From positions 64,001-128,000 of IMG/VR virus record IMGVR_UViG_3300028392_000030: 64,000 nt of DNA; one strand, 5' to 3'. The notes beneath the pieces were generated by a model. The model was not told where the DNA came from, made no database searches, and saw only the letters and a program-made list of their open reading frames with translations. This DNA is from a virus. Below are positions 26,452-37,129 of this stretch, piece after piece (positions within the stretch are counted from its first letter, which is position 1; each line of letters opens with the position of its first letter). The translations under genes were made by a program, and so were the position numbers.

Positions 26452-27695
26452 CCGTCGACAAGTTATATGCGACATATGGAGAAAAGATGTGTCTTGCTCC
26501 ATTTGTCAATAGCTTTTATTCTACCTGCGGAGTAGTCGATCCAGACCAAACTGTTGCAAACTTTGTGCGTCCTTGTAGTGTTATACAGGCTGGTCCTGAA
26601 TGGAACGTTCAAGATTCGAACATTACTGCGACAAGAAATACTCGGGTTTGGAAAGACCTACGTCAATCTTTTTTAGATGGCCGTATGCCTATGTCATGTG
26701 GCACATGTATCAACGCAGAACGAGTAGGAGCAAGTAGTCCCAGACAACTCAATAACGCATATCTGTTTGAGCATTTAGATATAGATATACTGGAAGAAGT
26801 TCAACGTATAGTTGACGCAGAGTTAACGGCCAACAGCATATATGCATTGGACTACATGCCCAGTAACTACTGTAATTATGCTTGTGTGATGTGTTATTCA
26901 GGCGCCAGTAGTCAACGATATACATTTGACCTTCAACAAGGAAGAAAAATAAAGTATGAAATCAACTCAGTTGATCATGACTTTTTTGATATAATTAAAG
27001 ACGTAAAGATCCTGGGCTTTACCGGCGGTGAAACTATCCTACAGCCCGAAGTCAATCGCTTAATTGATTATGTAATTGAACACGATTTAGCCAAGGACAT
27101 GATTATAACTATCTTAACTAATGCAAGTGACTTTCCTGACCGATTAGTTGAAAAGTTCAAACAGTTTAAACGAGTATTGTATACCGTAAGTATTGATGGT
27201 GTAGGTGCAGTGATAGAATATCAACGCCGCGGAGCACGATGGGACTCTATTGTAGAGAATGTAGCAAAGATACAAGCAAGTCCTGTCCACGAGGTAGTTA
27301 ATCATGTGGTCACTGCTGTTAATATACTCGGTGCCATGGACTTTGTTGATTGGTGCTATAGCAACAATTTAAAGTATACCAGTATCAGTCATGTGTTCCA
27401 AGAACATTTGGGCATCTGTGCCTTGCCACCTGAATTAAAAGCTGTGGCATTAGAAAGATTACATGCCGGCAGGAAACGGTACGAGCATTGGGCAATGCCG
27501 GAATATAGTAATCATGAAAAGGGCCATTATGTGCAGACTATAGATAGACTGATTAGCACTGTAGAAAGCATTGAGTTTAAACCTGCGGCATTAGCAAAGT
27601 TTATCGAGCATATTCGAACAGAAGACTCAGTCAGTAAACGACCACTTTGCAAAGTGGTTCCGGAATGGGCACCTTGGTTTAACTACAAACTTTAA
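26448..27695 (+). CDS. radical SAM protein with N-terminal auxiliary Cys domain
   Basis: CNYACVMC, FTGGET, LTNAS, VSIDG; upstream CLAPF...PCS...CGTC. Confidence 0.85.
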   Translation: MTVDKLYATYGEKMCLAPFVNSFYSTCGVVDPDQTVANFVRPCSVIQAGPEWNVQDSNITATRNTRVWKDLRQSFLDGRMPMSCGTCINAERVGASSPRQLNNAYLFEHLDIDILEEVQRIVDAELTANSIYALDYMPSNYCNYACVMCYSGASSQRYTFDLQQGRKIKYEINSVDHDFFDIIKDVKILGFTGGETILQPEVNRLIDYVIEHDLAKDMIITILTNASDFPDRLVEKFKQFKRVLYTVSIDGVGAVIEYQRRGARWDSIVENVAKIQASPVHEVVNHVVTAVNILGAMDFVDWCYSNNLKYTSISHVFQEHLGICALPPELKAVALERLHAGRKRYEHWAMPEYSNHEKGHYVQTIDRLISTVESIEFKPAALAKFIEHIRTEDSVSKRPLCKVVPEWAPWFNYKL

Positions 27696-29157
27696 CGCCA
27701 TATAACTGTTCAAAACGATCAGCATCTGCTCTATCATTGACCATGGGCTCACCACGTATGTTCAAACTGGTGTTGAGCAACATAGGGCACCCTGTTAACA
27801 CATACCATTTTTCTAACAATTCTCTTATGCCCGAACCGTCTTTCGCCACAGTTTGCACTCGACTGGTGCCATCAACATGACATATAGCAGGAGTAAGGTC
27901 AGGCTGGCGACACTTAGCGACTGACTGCATATAAGGACTATGATGCCAACCCACTGGCATATCAAAATAGTCATTAGCCACCTCAGCCAATATGACCGGG
28001 GCAAACGGCCTAAACTGTTGTCTACGTTTGATCGCATTCACTTTCTCCTTGATCTCGCAGCCTCTAGGGTCTGCAAGGAGGCTACGGTTTCCAAGTGCGC
28101 GGGGGCCGAACTCGGCTCTTCCTGATGCCACTCCGACAATTTTGTCACTAAGAAGCCGGTCCAACAACTCATTAACAGGATAAACACCTGGAATGCAATG
28201 GCCGAGATAACTGTTGTGCCAGTTAATTCTACGCCCAAAAGCCAAAGCGGCAGCACCGAGACTGCTACCAGCGTCACCGGGGCAAGGCATAATCCAGATT
28301 TTGTCAAAGTAATCTCCTAACATACGGTTGGCTGTGCAATTTAAAGCCACCCCACCCATATATACCAGATTATGACTAAATTCAAAGTTTCTAGCACGAA
28401 TCATCACCTGCTTTATAAGATCCTCTGCTACTAATTGTCCAGCAGCTGCAATGTTTTCATTACTAGAACCCTTTAGAAAATCTGCACTCATACCTGTGTG
28501 GAAGTTTTGCTTTAGTCTTATATCACGATCGTTGGCAATCACATGCTTGCGCATGTCGTGATACCATGTGTTGCGACCCCAAGCAGCCATGCCCATGGTA
28601 ATGTATTCTTCGTCTAAGGGATGTAGGCCAACTCGTTCTGTGACAGCACTGTAGAACAACCCTATGCTGTGCGGATAAACCTGTCTCCATAATCTTTTAT
28701 ACCGAGCCACGCCTTTTCGATCATATTCTGCACCCCATATTGATATTGTGTCCCATTCGCCTATTGCATCTATTACTACCACTGTGGCATGATCAAACGG
28801 GCTTGTTTGAAAGCCTGCGGCAGCGTGGCTCAAATGATGATTAAAACTATGCACCTTTGTGGGTTCAATCTGTCCTCCCAGTTGCTTGTGCAGTATTTGC
28901 CGGGTAGTAAGTTTTGACCATTCAATGCCTTGACCTGCGTACCATTGTCTAAATTGTTTGTTCCAAGGACGTTCATAATAGGCCACAATCTCAGGACCAT
29001 ACTCTGCAACTTCGTCTAGCAAACCCTGACAAAAGTCAGCGTCATTTTTCCGTTTACTATAACGTTCTGAATGGCCGGCGAACAATATCTCGCCGCGAGG
29101 ATCGATCACTGTGGCCGCGGCGTCATGAAAGCCGGCACTAATACCTAGGATATTCAT
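27679..29157 (-). CDS. carbamoyltransferase, NodU/CmcH/TobZ family
   Basis: ILGISAGFHDAA, HHLSHAA, DAIGE, GGVALNC, DAGSSLG, EFGPRALGNRS, RPFAP, HVDGTSRVQTV, LNTSLN. Confidence 0.95.
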   Translation of the reverse strand: MNILGISAGFHDAAATVIDPRGEILFAGHSERYSKRKNDADFCQGLLDEVAEYGPEIVAYYERPWNKQFRQWYAGQGIEWSKLTTRQILHKQLGGQIEPTKVHSFNHHLSHAAAGFQTSPFDHATVVVIDAIGEWDTISIWGAEYDRKGVARYKRLWRQVYPHSIGLFYSAVTERVGLHPLDEEYITMGMAAWGRNTWYHDMRKHVIANDRDIRLKQNFHTGMSADFLKGSSNENIAAAGQLVAEDLIKQVMIRARNFEFSHNLVYMGGVALNCTANRMLGDYFDKIWIMPCPGDAGSSLGAAALAFGRRINWHNSYLGHCIPGVYPVNELLDRLLSDKIVGVASGRAEFGPRALGNRSLLADPRGCEIKEKVNAIKRRQQFRPFAPVILAEVANDYFDMPVGWHHSPYMQSVAKCRQPDLTPAICHVDGTSRVQTVAKDGSGIRELLEKWYVLTGCPMLLNTSLNIRGEPMVNDRADADRFEQLYGVKVCS

Positions 29158-29255
29158 TTGTAGATAAATGGATCTCGTTTACGTAGTTCTTTTAGCTTTT
29201 TACGATAGCGTATTTCTAGACGAATTCGATTGTATAAGTTTTTGATCCAGTTCAT
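29154..29255 (-). CDS. 33-aa basic peptide coupled to the carbamoyltransferase (absent from the ORF track)
   Basis: MNWIKNLYNRIRLEIRYRKKLKELRKRDPFIYK; fills the gap exactly, with an ATGA overlap onto the carbamoyltransferase. Confidence 0.75.
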   Translation of the reverse strand: MNWIKNLYNRIRLEIRYRKKLKELRKRDPFIYK

Positions 29256-29256
29256 G

Positions 29257-30309
29257 TCAGTTTCCTTGTTGTAATACTGCTATTTGTTGCGCCATATAGT
29301 CTGAATCGTTCCAACGATATGGATATGTAACTTCTGCATCGCTGGTGCGAATTGCTGTTACATTGAGTCGTGTATTTAACTGGGTCCATATGTCATGATA
29401 ATCTTCTGTGCCAAAACTTTTGAGCAATTTAACTTGACCTACTTGTGGATGTCCAATAGTAAGAGACTTGTCCTCTGGATCAAACCCATTGTTGATTAAC
29501 CAAGTTCTAAAATTGGTCAAGTTACGAGTTTGCCACGGCGCACCAGCTGGATTTTGCGCCCATTCTATATCAAAGTCCCCAGCAGCTTCTGTTTGTGGTT
29601 TTAAGGTTGATGTAGTCAATGAGTCTGTGCGATGCTCAGGGTTGTAATGAGCTTCGTCGACAAATACTTCCCAATGATGTTTGCCCACTGCTTTGTTGAC
29701 TCCTACAAATACCCCGCCGGTTGGTCGGTTGATACTTTCTATGCCAAACAGTTCATAATCATCGTCGTCTAACACAAAGCGTGGACTGTTTAACCAGCAC
29801 ATGAGTTGACTAGGTCGCATCCATTCTGGTGCGGTGTGTTTTTTATTCCAACTCTGGGCCCAACTTTCAAACTCATGACACAGTCCATTTAGTTGCCTGA
29901 TATGCCAGCGTGTTTCACTGTTGGCCTTTGTATAAAATGGGCTCATTTTTCCGCTGACGCCTTGAAGGTCTTCGAAATAACTGTGTAGTCGATTAAAACG
30001 GTCGTGAACAATTTTGCGATTATTATCTAACACTGAGTCTAGTGTAAAGTGATCATCAATTTGATATCCTATGTTTTCAGCATTAATAGCCAAAATACTG
30101 GCATTAATTTGATCTATTAAATAATTACCGTTACGAACACTGTCAGCAAACCCAAAAAAACAGTAGTTCTTTTCCAAGTGATAGTTGTTGGCAACAAGCG
30201 TGTTTAGGCTGGCCAACCATTTGCGACTTAAACTGGAGTCGTATACATCTACGTATACCGTTAGATCTTCTAGGTCTATTTCTACTACATCAAGTAACAA
30301 TCGATTCAT
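29257..30309 (-). CDS. hypothetical protein of the modification cluster
   Basis: Long ORF in the coupled operon; probable start 30309 (track gives 30336); no recognised motif. Confidence 0.75.
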   Translation of the reverse strand: MNRLLLDVVEIDLEDLTVYVDVYDSSLSRKWLASLNTLVANNYHLEKNYCFFGFADSVRNGNYLIDQINASILAINAENIGYQIDDHFTLDSVLDNNRKIVHDRFNRLHSYFEDLQGVSGKMSPFYTKANSETRWHIRQLNGLCHEFESWAQSWNKKHTAPEWMRPSQLMCWLNSPRFVLDDDDYELFGIESINRPTGGVFVGVNKAVGKHHWEVFVDEAHYNPEHRTDSLTTSTLKPQTEAAGDFDIEWAQNPAGAPWQTRNLTNFRTWLINNGFDPEDKSLTIGHPQVGQVKLLKSFGTEDYHDIWTQLNTRLNVTAIRTSDAEVTYPYRWNDSDYMAQQIAVLQQGN

Positions 30310-31585
30310 ACCATTCCAATAGTTCGTTGTCTGCACTCAGTATGTCTTTGAGAGTATAAGTATCACCACGCACCTGTTCTAGTCGCAACACACGTTCTTT
30401 TCCTTTGACTAACCCCGCCGGATATTCCTCAGGCCACTGTTCTGCAAACGTCGGACGATTCTTTAACTGTAACAGTATATCTCTGAGCGCACCTGTATTT
30501 AAGTTGGCTACCAGAGCATCGACCTTTTTATCTAGCAATTGTCTAGGCAGGGCCAACGGACTCATTATAATGTCCGGAGTAAACCCAAATACAACTTTGG
30601 CCAATACGTCTACACCAAGCTCGTGAGCCAATGCTTGTATGTTGGCCACTTCAAATAGTCCAGGCAACGTAAGTGTAAAGTCTATACGCATTTGTCTACG
30701 ATTGGTGGCAACAGCTACACCTTGACGGAAATTCTCTTGCCATTGTTGGTAGTTGAGCCCAGTTCGAATATACTCGCCTACAGCGCCTGTGCCATCCAGA
30801 CTGGCACAAACTTGCCAGTCCCGCAAATGCGCCAAGATGTCACGATAAAGATTAACACCTCGATAATCAACCCTGCTGAGATTAGTATTGTATCTTGCAT
30901 AGACACGCCGACCATCACCTTGATCTACTATTTGTTTCATGTAGCGCCAATGCTGTTCAAACATTAGCGGCTCTCCACCTACCCAGTATATTTCTTCTAC
31001 GCGATGTTCTGCCACTGCTTGGGCAAATTCTGCTTCAATTTGTGTGTCTTGGAACTGACTTATTTCTTCTCGGACTGCAGGTCGCATCCAGTTGTTTTTG
31101 GGATTAGCCCAGTTGATCATGTTGTTGGCACGTTGCTCTGATTCCCAACTACTACTCAGCATATCCCCGCAGGTGCGACATTTAAAGTTACATAAATTAC
31201 TAAAGCGATAATCCCAACTAACTGGCTTGACAGTAGTTGAGCCATCTGCTGCAGTATTTGCCATTGCATCCGCATACTTGTGTGCAAATAGTCGATTAAA
31301 GTAACTACGGTAAACATCTGTGTTCAACAGCTTGTTGTTACATACGTCACATTCTGGTAATGTTTCTCCAGCCATCATTCTACGTCGAACACTTTTCATG
31401 TGTTCACTGTTCCAATGTTGGTCCAGCGAAACTGGATTATACTTACCAGTTCCGGAACTGGTATCTATATACTGTTCAAAACTTTGTGCAGGCTCACGGC
31501 TAGCACAGCACATTCTACGCTCGGTCTGTGGGGAGAGATAGGTATGCGTCCATGGCGCCATGCATAGGTTATCTGGTTTCTGCAT
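30290..31585 (-). CDS. radical SAM protein with N-terminal auxiliary Cys domain
   Basis: CNFKCRTC, WVGGEP, YNTN, ASLDG, YIRTG; upstream CMAPW...MCC...CDVC. Confidence 0.9.
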   Translation of the reverse strand: MQKPDNLCMAPWTHTYLSPQTERRMCCASREPAQSFEQYIDTSSGTGKYNPVSLDQHWNSEHMKSVRRRMMAGETLPECDVCNNKLLNTDVYRSYFNRLFAHKYADAMANTAADGSTTVKPVSWDYRFSNLCNFKCRTCGDMLSSSWESEQRANNMINWANPKNNWMRPAVREEISQFQDTQIEAEFAQAVAEHRVEEIYWVGGEPLMFEQHWRYMKQIVDQGDGRRVYARYNTNLSRVDYRGVNLYRDILAHLRDWQVCASLDGTGAVGEYIRTGLNYQQWQENFRQGVAVATNRRQMRIDFTLTLPGLFEVANIQALAHELGVDVLAKVVFGFTPDIIMSPLALPRQLLDKKVDALVANLNTGALRDILLQLKNRPTFAEQWPEEYPAGLVKGKERVLRLEQVRGDTYTLKDILSADNELLEWYESIVT

Positions 31586-32489
31586 ACGCTAATAAAGGGT
31601 TGATAATTTCTTCTTGTATGCGTTGACAAACTAATGTGCTGTCAAAAAATCTAGCACGATTGTGTTCAATACGTTCCAAAGTTTCAGCTGTATACGGTTC
31701 TTGTGCAAACTCACGCAAATTCTGTTGTATCTTTAGTAAACGATCGGCACCGGCCAATAGGTCATACGATTCATCAAACATGTTATTGTAAGTTACGAAT
31801 CCCTGCGCTTGTATATACTGCAAGGTACCAGGTGCACCTTGTATCTGAAATGGGTGTTGAAAGGCCATGGGTTTAAATGACTTTTCAGTTACAAATGGTA
31901 TGCCGCTGGCCGGCAATTCTTCTGTTGTTTCGACCACTAGACTAAAATAAGTTGAGTTGTACCAGTCTGGACAAAAATATCTTTGCCAATGTATATGATT
32001 GCGTGGAAGATCATTGGGCAATATCTTGTTTCGGTAACTGTAGAGAATACTGTGTAGGTCAGGTGTCATCTGTTCGATCACTCGATCTCTACAGTCATTG
32101 GGTCTGTTAATAGGCATAAATGCCAGGTGTTGATATGTTCTATCGGGTTGGTAGTTTCGATAGCCCAGTTGGTCGTACCACAACGACTCATTATACCAAA
32201 ACCAGTTGGTGTTTAACAAGCAATAGGCCCAGTCGTAATCAGTATCCACTCTTTCCCAAAGATTATTGATCACTACCCGGTGTCCAGATTTAGATAATTG
32301 TTGTGCCCATTGCCGAATAGTTGTGTTGTTTAAATCCACAACATCGATTACGTAAATGTCATTTAGATCTTCTACGCCATTGAATCTACAAGTCTGAAAA
32401 TACGTTTCAAACAACGGTTGTATGTAGTTTGGCCATATCGAGCGCCGAAACGATGGATGCGTGACTAGTTTTACACGATTCATTGTCAT
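31569..32489 (-). CDS. glycosyltransferase-like protein (ET...TEKxxKP family)
   Basis: FSLVVET...VTEKSFKP...HPF...GFVTYNNMFDESYD. Confidence 0.55.
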   Translation of the reverse strand: MTMNRVKLVTHPSFRRSIWPNYIQPLFETYFQTCRFNGVEDLNDIYVIDVVDLNNTTIRQWAQQLSKSGHRVVINNLWERVDTDYDWAYCLLNTNWFWYNESLWYDQLGYRNYQPDRTYQHLAFMPINRPNDCRDRVIEQMTPDLHSILYSYRNKILPNDLPRNHIHWQRYFCPDWYNSTYFSLVVETTEELPASGIPFVTEKSFKPMAFQHPFQIQGAPGTLQYIQAQGFVTYNNMFDESYDLLAGADRLLKIQQNLREFAQEPYTAETLERIEHNRARFFDSTLVCQRIQEEIINPLLAYAETR

Positions 32490-33718
32490 TGCCCGTGTGG
32501 GTTCTCTGGGCTGATATAACCAATCAATTTAGCAAACTCGGGCTGAACTGCGACCAAGTTTTGGCTGCGTCTACGATCTAAGTTGCCAACTTCTCTACGT
32601 AATTGTTCGCCATCTAGACTGGCTCCACGATTCATAAAATCTGCCACACGTCGAAATTCTTCTTGAACGTGGTTTGGAACATCAGCTGCAAGAAGTCGTT
32701 CGGTAATCACTTGTTTAGCATGTTCTGGCAGGCTACTGATACTAAAGAAGTATGCATCGTGCATCATATTCCAGTAGATAAAATCCATCTGTTGTTCTAA
32801 AATCCACAGTGCTACAGTTTCTAAATAGTAAACGTTAAACACATTTATAGTGCAACAAATTTGTAAACGAATATTCTTGTGTTGGCCACGTAGCTCACGG
32901 AACCGAGCAACGTTGTTGACCACTTCGATCCATACTGCATTTGATCTTTGATATTCAAAGCGTTCACCTACATCGTCGATACTGAATGCTATTTCTACTA
33001 TCTTAAAATGCCGCCAAATCTCTTCGGCGTTGTCGGGCCACTGAGTACCGTTGGTGTTGTAATGTATTTCTATATTGCCAGCCAATCCACGATCAACCAG
33101 GCCTTGTAACATGTTAAAATGCTCTTGGATCATAAAAGGTTCGCCGCCGGTAAACTCTATATACTGTATTTGATCCGATATGCCGGCTATTTCGTTCCAA
33201 AACTTTTGATTTTCTCTGGGCCAAGCGCCTTGACGCAGCATATGATAATGATGATTATCTTTTCTATCTTCATTACGCATTAGATGCTGTAGTTCTTCAG
33301 CAGCATACGTGCTGGAACTCCACGAGCCGCAGATGCGACATTTAAGATTGCAAATATTACCCAATTTAAGATCAACAAACATCAAGGGTTTTGCATCCGC
33401 AGTCCAATCTTGATCGGGCAACATGTGTTTAAGACGATCTAATGTGTGCATACGTTTGCTGGTGCGGCCAGCACGTTCTTCCTTCCAACACTTGCGACAT
33501 GTGTTGGGTTGTTTGCCATCAACAAATTCCTGACGCAGTGCTCGCATGTTGGCACTGTTTTGTATTGCTTTAAAATCAGCAGTGGCCAAATTAAACTTGT
33601 CGCCAGCATCATCTACCAATTCATCGTCGGCTAAACAACAAGGACGCACAGTACCAATAGGACTGGCTTCTAAACTGACCCAAGGTAATACGCAAAATTT
33701 ATCGTGTGGTATTTTCAT
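32486..33718 (-). CDS. radical SAM protein with N-terminal auxiliary Cys domain
   Basis: CNLKCRIC, FTGGEP, YNTNG, FSIDD; upstream CVLPW...PCC...CRKC. Confidence 0.9.
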   Translation of the reverse strand: MKIPHDKFCVLPWVSLEASPIGTVRPCCLADDELVDDAGDKFNLATADFKAIQNSANMRALRQEFVDGKQPNTCRKCWKEERAGRTSKRMHTLDRLKHMLPDQDWTADAKPLMFVDLKLGNICNLKCRICGSWSSSTYAAEELQHLMRNEDRKDNHHYHMLRQGAWPRENQKFWNEIAGISDQIQYIEFTGGEPFMIQEHFNMLQGLVDRGLAGNIEIHYNTNGTQWPDNAEEIWRHFKIVEIAFSIDDVGERFEYQRSNAVWIEVVNNVARFRELRGQHKNIRLQICCTINVFNVYYLETVALWILEQQMDFIYWNMMHDAYFFSISSLPEHAKQVITERLLAADVPNHVQEEFRRVADFMNRGASLDGEQLRREVGNLDRRRSQNLVAVQPEFAKLIGYISPENPHGQ

Positions 33719-35043
33719 CTAAGCGGTATCCTTGTGTCTCGGGGTCGATATTCCGCAATGGCTGCCAGTTCTGGAACTACACTCAATAAACTTTCTGAGC
33801 GGCTCCAATCTAAATCATTGACAGTTTCCCAAAAGCGCGGCAACAAATGACTGTTGTCTGTGGCCATCATAAAGGCAATTGCACCTTCAAAACCGCCGAT
33901 AGCTCGGTGTATAGGATCTTTGTCTTGTAACCACGCAATATGCTGTTCAAACTCCTGTTTAAATTGCAATTTAATAGGCATAGGCAACAGATCAATTCTA
34001 TAATTATCTGGTCCTTGCAAGATGTTTAGATTAAAATCTTTGGCCTGAATAAAGCCAGACTCCACCATGTAACGATGGAATCGTGTAAAATTCCAAATGT
34101 TCATTATGCTGAGTGTGGGACTAATCATAAAGTCAATGTGCGGGCATTCGCGTTTGAGGTCTCGTATGTTTTGTTCTACCTGCGCCCAATCAGTGCCCGA
34201 GCGTATAATAGCTGCACGGTCGCCCATGTCATCCAAACTGGCTGCTACACAGATAGTAGGAAAATGCTTCCACAAGTCCAACACATTTTGTTTTTTAAAT
34301 TTAAGTTCAGTCAAATTGGTGTTGTAGACCAAACGCACACGAGTGTTGCCTTTTTTAATCAGCAATTTAAGTATGCGATTGTGTTCTTCCATGATCAAGG
34401 GTTCGCCGCCGGCAAAGTATATTTGATCCAGATGTGGCACATGCTCTTGCATTTGTTCCCAAACATCTTCTTCGTGACGCCCAGCAAATTGCACACGTGG
34501 GCGCAGTTCCTTACCCCACAGTCGAACATCATCGTCGTACCACCGGCTTGAGAATATGCTGCCACAACTGCGACATTTGAGATTGCATATATTACTGAAG
34601 CGCACATCCCAATAGTGTAACCGCATATCGGGCAAACTACCATCAGGCAAAGTATTGTTAATTTCTGCAACATGGTGACCGAAACTCTTGTTGCTGTTGT
34701 TGCGCATACTGGTAAAGCCAGCGGCTTCTTGTTCGTAACAGTCTCCACACTCTAAGCAAGGTTTGTCCTCCAGCATGTTTTGACGCATCAACCGCATAGG
34801 ATCATCATTCCATATTTCACGCATACTCTTTTCTTTAAAGTTACCCACCGGATGTTTAGCTCGACCCAAACAGCACGGATAAGCCCTACCATCCGGCCAA
34901 GCATGTAAATGTATCCAAGGTAACATACAGAAGTTTTCAGACTCCATTAACCGGTAACGTTGTTCTTCAGTTAGCTCTTCTAATTTGATATAATTAGGTA
35001 TGCGATCTTTCCAATTGTATTTGCCTATAATTTTATCAGTCAT
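33715..35043 (-). CDS. radical SAM protein with N-terminal auxiliary Cys domain
   Basis: CNLKCRSC, FAGGEP, YNTN, ASLDD; upstream CMLPW...PCC...CGDC. Confidence 0.9.
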   Translation of the reverse strand: MTDKIIGKYNWKDRIPNYIKLEELTEEQRYRLMESENFCMLPWIHLHAWPDGRAYPCCLGRAKHPVGNFKEKSMREIWNDDPMRLMRQNMLEDKPCLECGDCYEQEAAGFTSMRNNSNKSFGHHVAEINNTLPDGSLPDMRLHYWDVRFSNICNLKCRSCGSIFSSRWYDDDVRLWGKELRPRVQFAGRHEEDVWEQMQEHVPHLDQIYFAGGEPLIMEEHNRILKLLIKKGNTRVRLVYNTNLTELKFKKQNVLDLWKHFPTICVAASLDDMGDRAAIIRSGTDWAQVEQNIRDLKRECPHIDFMISPTLSIMNIWNFTRFHRYMVESGFIQAKDFNLNILQGPDNYRIDLLPMPIKLQFKQEFEQHIAWLQDKDPIHRAIGGFEGAIAFMMATDNSHLLPRFWETVNDLDWSRSESLLSVVPELAAIAEYRPRDTRIPLR

Positions 35044-36371
35044 AGTGTATCATACCAGGTTTTTAATACAGGAAAGGTTTCAACAAAATTTTTACCACGT
35101 CGTTGATCGTATTGTTGATGAAACTGTTTAAAGTCGTTGTGTAGTTTGGGCATTTCAAATGTGTCGCTGTGCGGGGTTTTAACACGATCCAAATACTCAA
35201 TCAGTCTGCTGAGATGATTGATTTCATGTTCGTGCATATATAATTGATCCTGGTGTTGGGTTACCCACATGATCAATCGATTGCGATAATACAGCAACAG
35301 GTGTTCTGGTAGAACCAATGGGCTTTGAAAACTAGGGAAACGCAGAATATTAAGAGTAAAACTCACACGCTCGCGTCCGTACATTTTCTTCAGTTCAACC
35401 AGTTTGTCTAACAGGGTATCTAGACTGTTGAGACACAGTGCATTGATGGTACACATACAATGCACCGCACGAATACAGTCAGACTCGAGTAATTTCTCTA
35501 CGTTCTGTAACCAAGCAGGGTAGTCCAGCCCATCTCGAATATACTCGGCTTGATCGTCAACAGCTTCCATGGATGTATAGATATCTACTTCTAAACCCGT
35601 GATGCTGTCTAACAAGCGGTCTACATCTACGTCTACACCTAAGTTGCTGTTGATAGCCAGGCGTGTTGTGCTCTTGCCTTGATTGTTTTTAAACCAATCC
35701 AGCAGTTTCCAAGTCTCGCCCGACATGAGTGGCTCACCGCCGGTGATTCTTAGCTCTTGGAGTGTTTGATGGAGGTCGGATTCCCACCACTTAAAGAACG
35801 CTTCAACATACGGATTTGTCTCACCAAACCGGTATAGTTGAGCACTATCGTGGCTGTGAGTAAAGTGGTTACGCCCATCAGACACCAGGCGCTCATAAGG
35901 GCCGTTTCGCTTGATATCGTTAACCCATGTGCTGCTGAAAGCAGGGTTACAATAGCTACAAGCAAATTGGCAAGTGCGGTCGAATGCGATTTCAAGCGTT
36001 CGAAGATTGACATCTTCTTGACTGGGTGTGTTGTATGCTTCATTTAATGACTCCAATGGATAAATTTTACTTTTGTATACACGGTCGCTGACGGCATCTA
36101 CGCCCATGTCTTCAATCTTCCAACAGTATTCACAACCTGCGGGACGATTACCAGCCTGCATCATAGCACGATCCAATTTTTTAGTTGGAGTATTGTGTAT
36201 GGCTCGAGGATTTGTTTTTAATGCTTCTCGATCTATTGCGTGTGCTGGAGGGTGATGACAACTGGTACTCTGTCCTGAGCCCAACCATATAGTAGCGTTG
36301 TACCATTTGGCCGCGCAAAAGCTGGCACTTTTAGTGTCAAGAACTTGTTGACGAAACTCTAGATCATTCAT
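35040..36371 (-). CDS. radical SAM protein with N-terminal auxiliary Cys domain
   Basis: CQFACSYC, ITGGEP, INSN, YIRDG; upstream CAAKW...SCHHP...CEYC. Confidence 0.9.
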   Translation of the reverse strand: MNDLEFRQQVLDTKSASFCAAKWYNATIWLGSGQSTSCHHPPAHAIDREALKTNPRAIHNTPTKKLDRAMMQAGNRPAGCEYCWKIEDMGVDAVSDRVYKSKIYPLESLNEAYNTPSQEDVNLRTLEIAFDRTCQFACSYCNPAFSSTWVNDIKRNGPYERLVSDGRNHFTHSHDSAQLYRFGETNPYVEAFFKWWESDLHQTLQELRITGGEPLMSGETWKLLDWFKNNQGKSTTRLAINSNLGVDVDVDRLLDSITGLEVDIYTSMEAVDDQAEYIRDGLDYPAWLQNVEKLLESDCIRAVHCMCTINALCLNSLDTLLDKLVELKKMYGRERVSFTLNILRFPSFQSPLVLPEHLLLYYRNRLIMWVTQHQDQLYMHEHEINHLSRLIEYLDRVKTPHSDTFEMPKLHNDFKQFHQQYDQRRGKNFVETFPVLKTWYDTL

Positions 36372-37129
36372 TGTGCGTAAGTCTCAGTATTTTCTATTTC
36401 TTTAACAACAATATCTGCCCATAATTTTCCTGCTCGAGCATCAGGGTGTATATTGTCGCTCCTGTATAAATTTCGATCTTTTGCAAGTTCAAAAATTCCA
36501 TTTTTTGCAGCGTCAGTGAATGTAAATTTGTCAAAATTAATTTTATCTATCAATACATCTAATTCTAAATTTTTAACACTTGGATATTCAAATCCATTTT
36601 CAAAATAACTATCGTTCCAATAGTTCATAAAACTCATAAATCTATAATTGATATTTTTTGATTCCAACCATGACTGTAGTTTCAACATGTTCAACAGCGA
36701 CTGAAACACCAGCTCTCTTATTCCACCAAATTTTATAATCGGTTTGGCTATGTCCGACATTGGAAATTTAGGATTATCTCCAATACCGCAGTGTCCATAA
36801 TACACGTCTAATTCATTACGATTTTTAAACTTCCAAAATTGTCCCCAGGTCATCTCATTGATTGCCATATCAATCCTGGTCAAGCCACTCCACATGATCA
36901 ACACCAAATCATAATCAAACTTTATGGTGTTTACTATGGTTGAATCACATATCCACTGGTTACCTGCAGCAAAACTGGCTATGTTTGTTACTTTCCAATC
37001 GGAAGGTAAATGTTCAGGCCAATTTTTATGACTGGATTGTGCATTGCCCTCTGAGGCAGTAAAACTACAACCGTTGACCAAAACTTTTTTTGTTTTAGGA
37101 AAATTTTGTTTAAACTCTAAACTATTCAT
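36368..37129 (-). CDS. SGNH/GDSL-hydrolase-like protein (possible O-acyl esterase/transferase)
   Basis: Block I VNGCSF, block II AAGNQWI, block V DNIHP. Confidence 0.65.
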   Translation of the reverse strand: MNSLEFKQNFPKTKKVLVNGCSFTASEGNAQSSHKNWPEHLPSDWKVTNIASFAAGNQWICDSTIVNTIKFDYDLVLIMWSGLTRIDMAINEMTWGQFWKFKNRNELDVYYGHCGIGDNPKFPMSDIAKPIIKFGGIRELVFQSLLNMLKLQSWLESKNINYRFMSFMNYWNDSYFENGFEYPSVKNLELDVLIDKINFDKFTFTDAAKNGIFELAKDRNLYRSDNIHPDARAGKLWADIVVKEIENTETYAQ

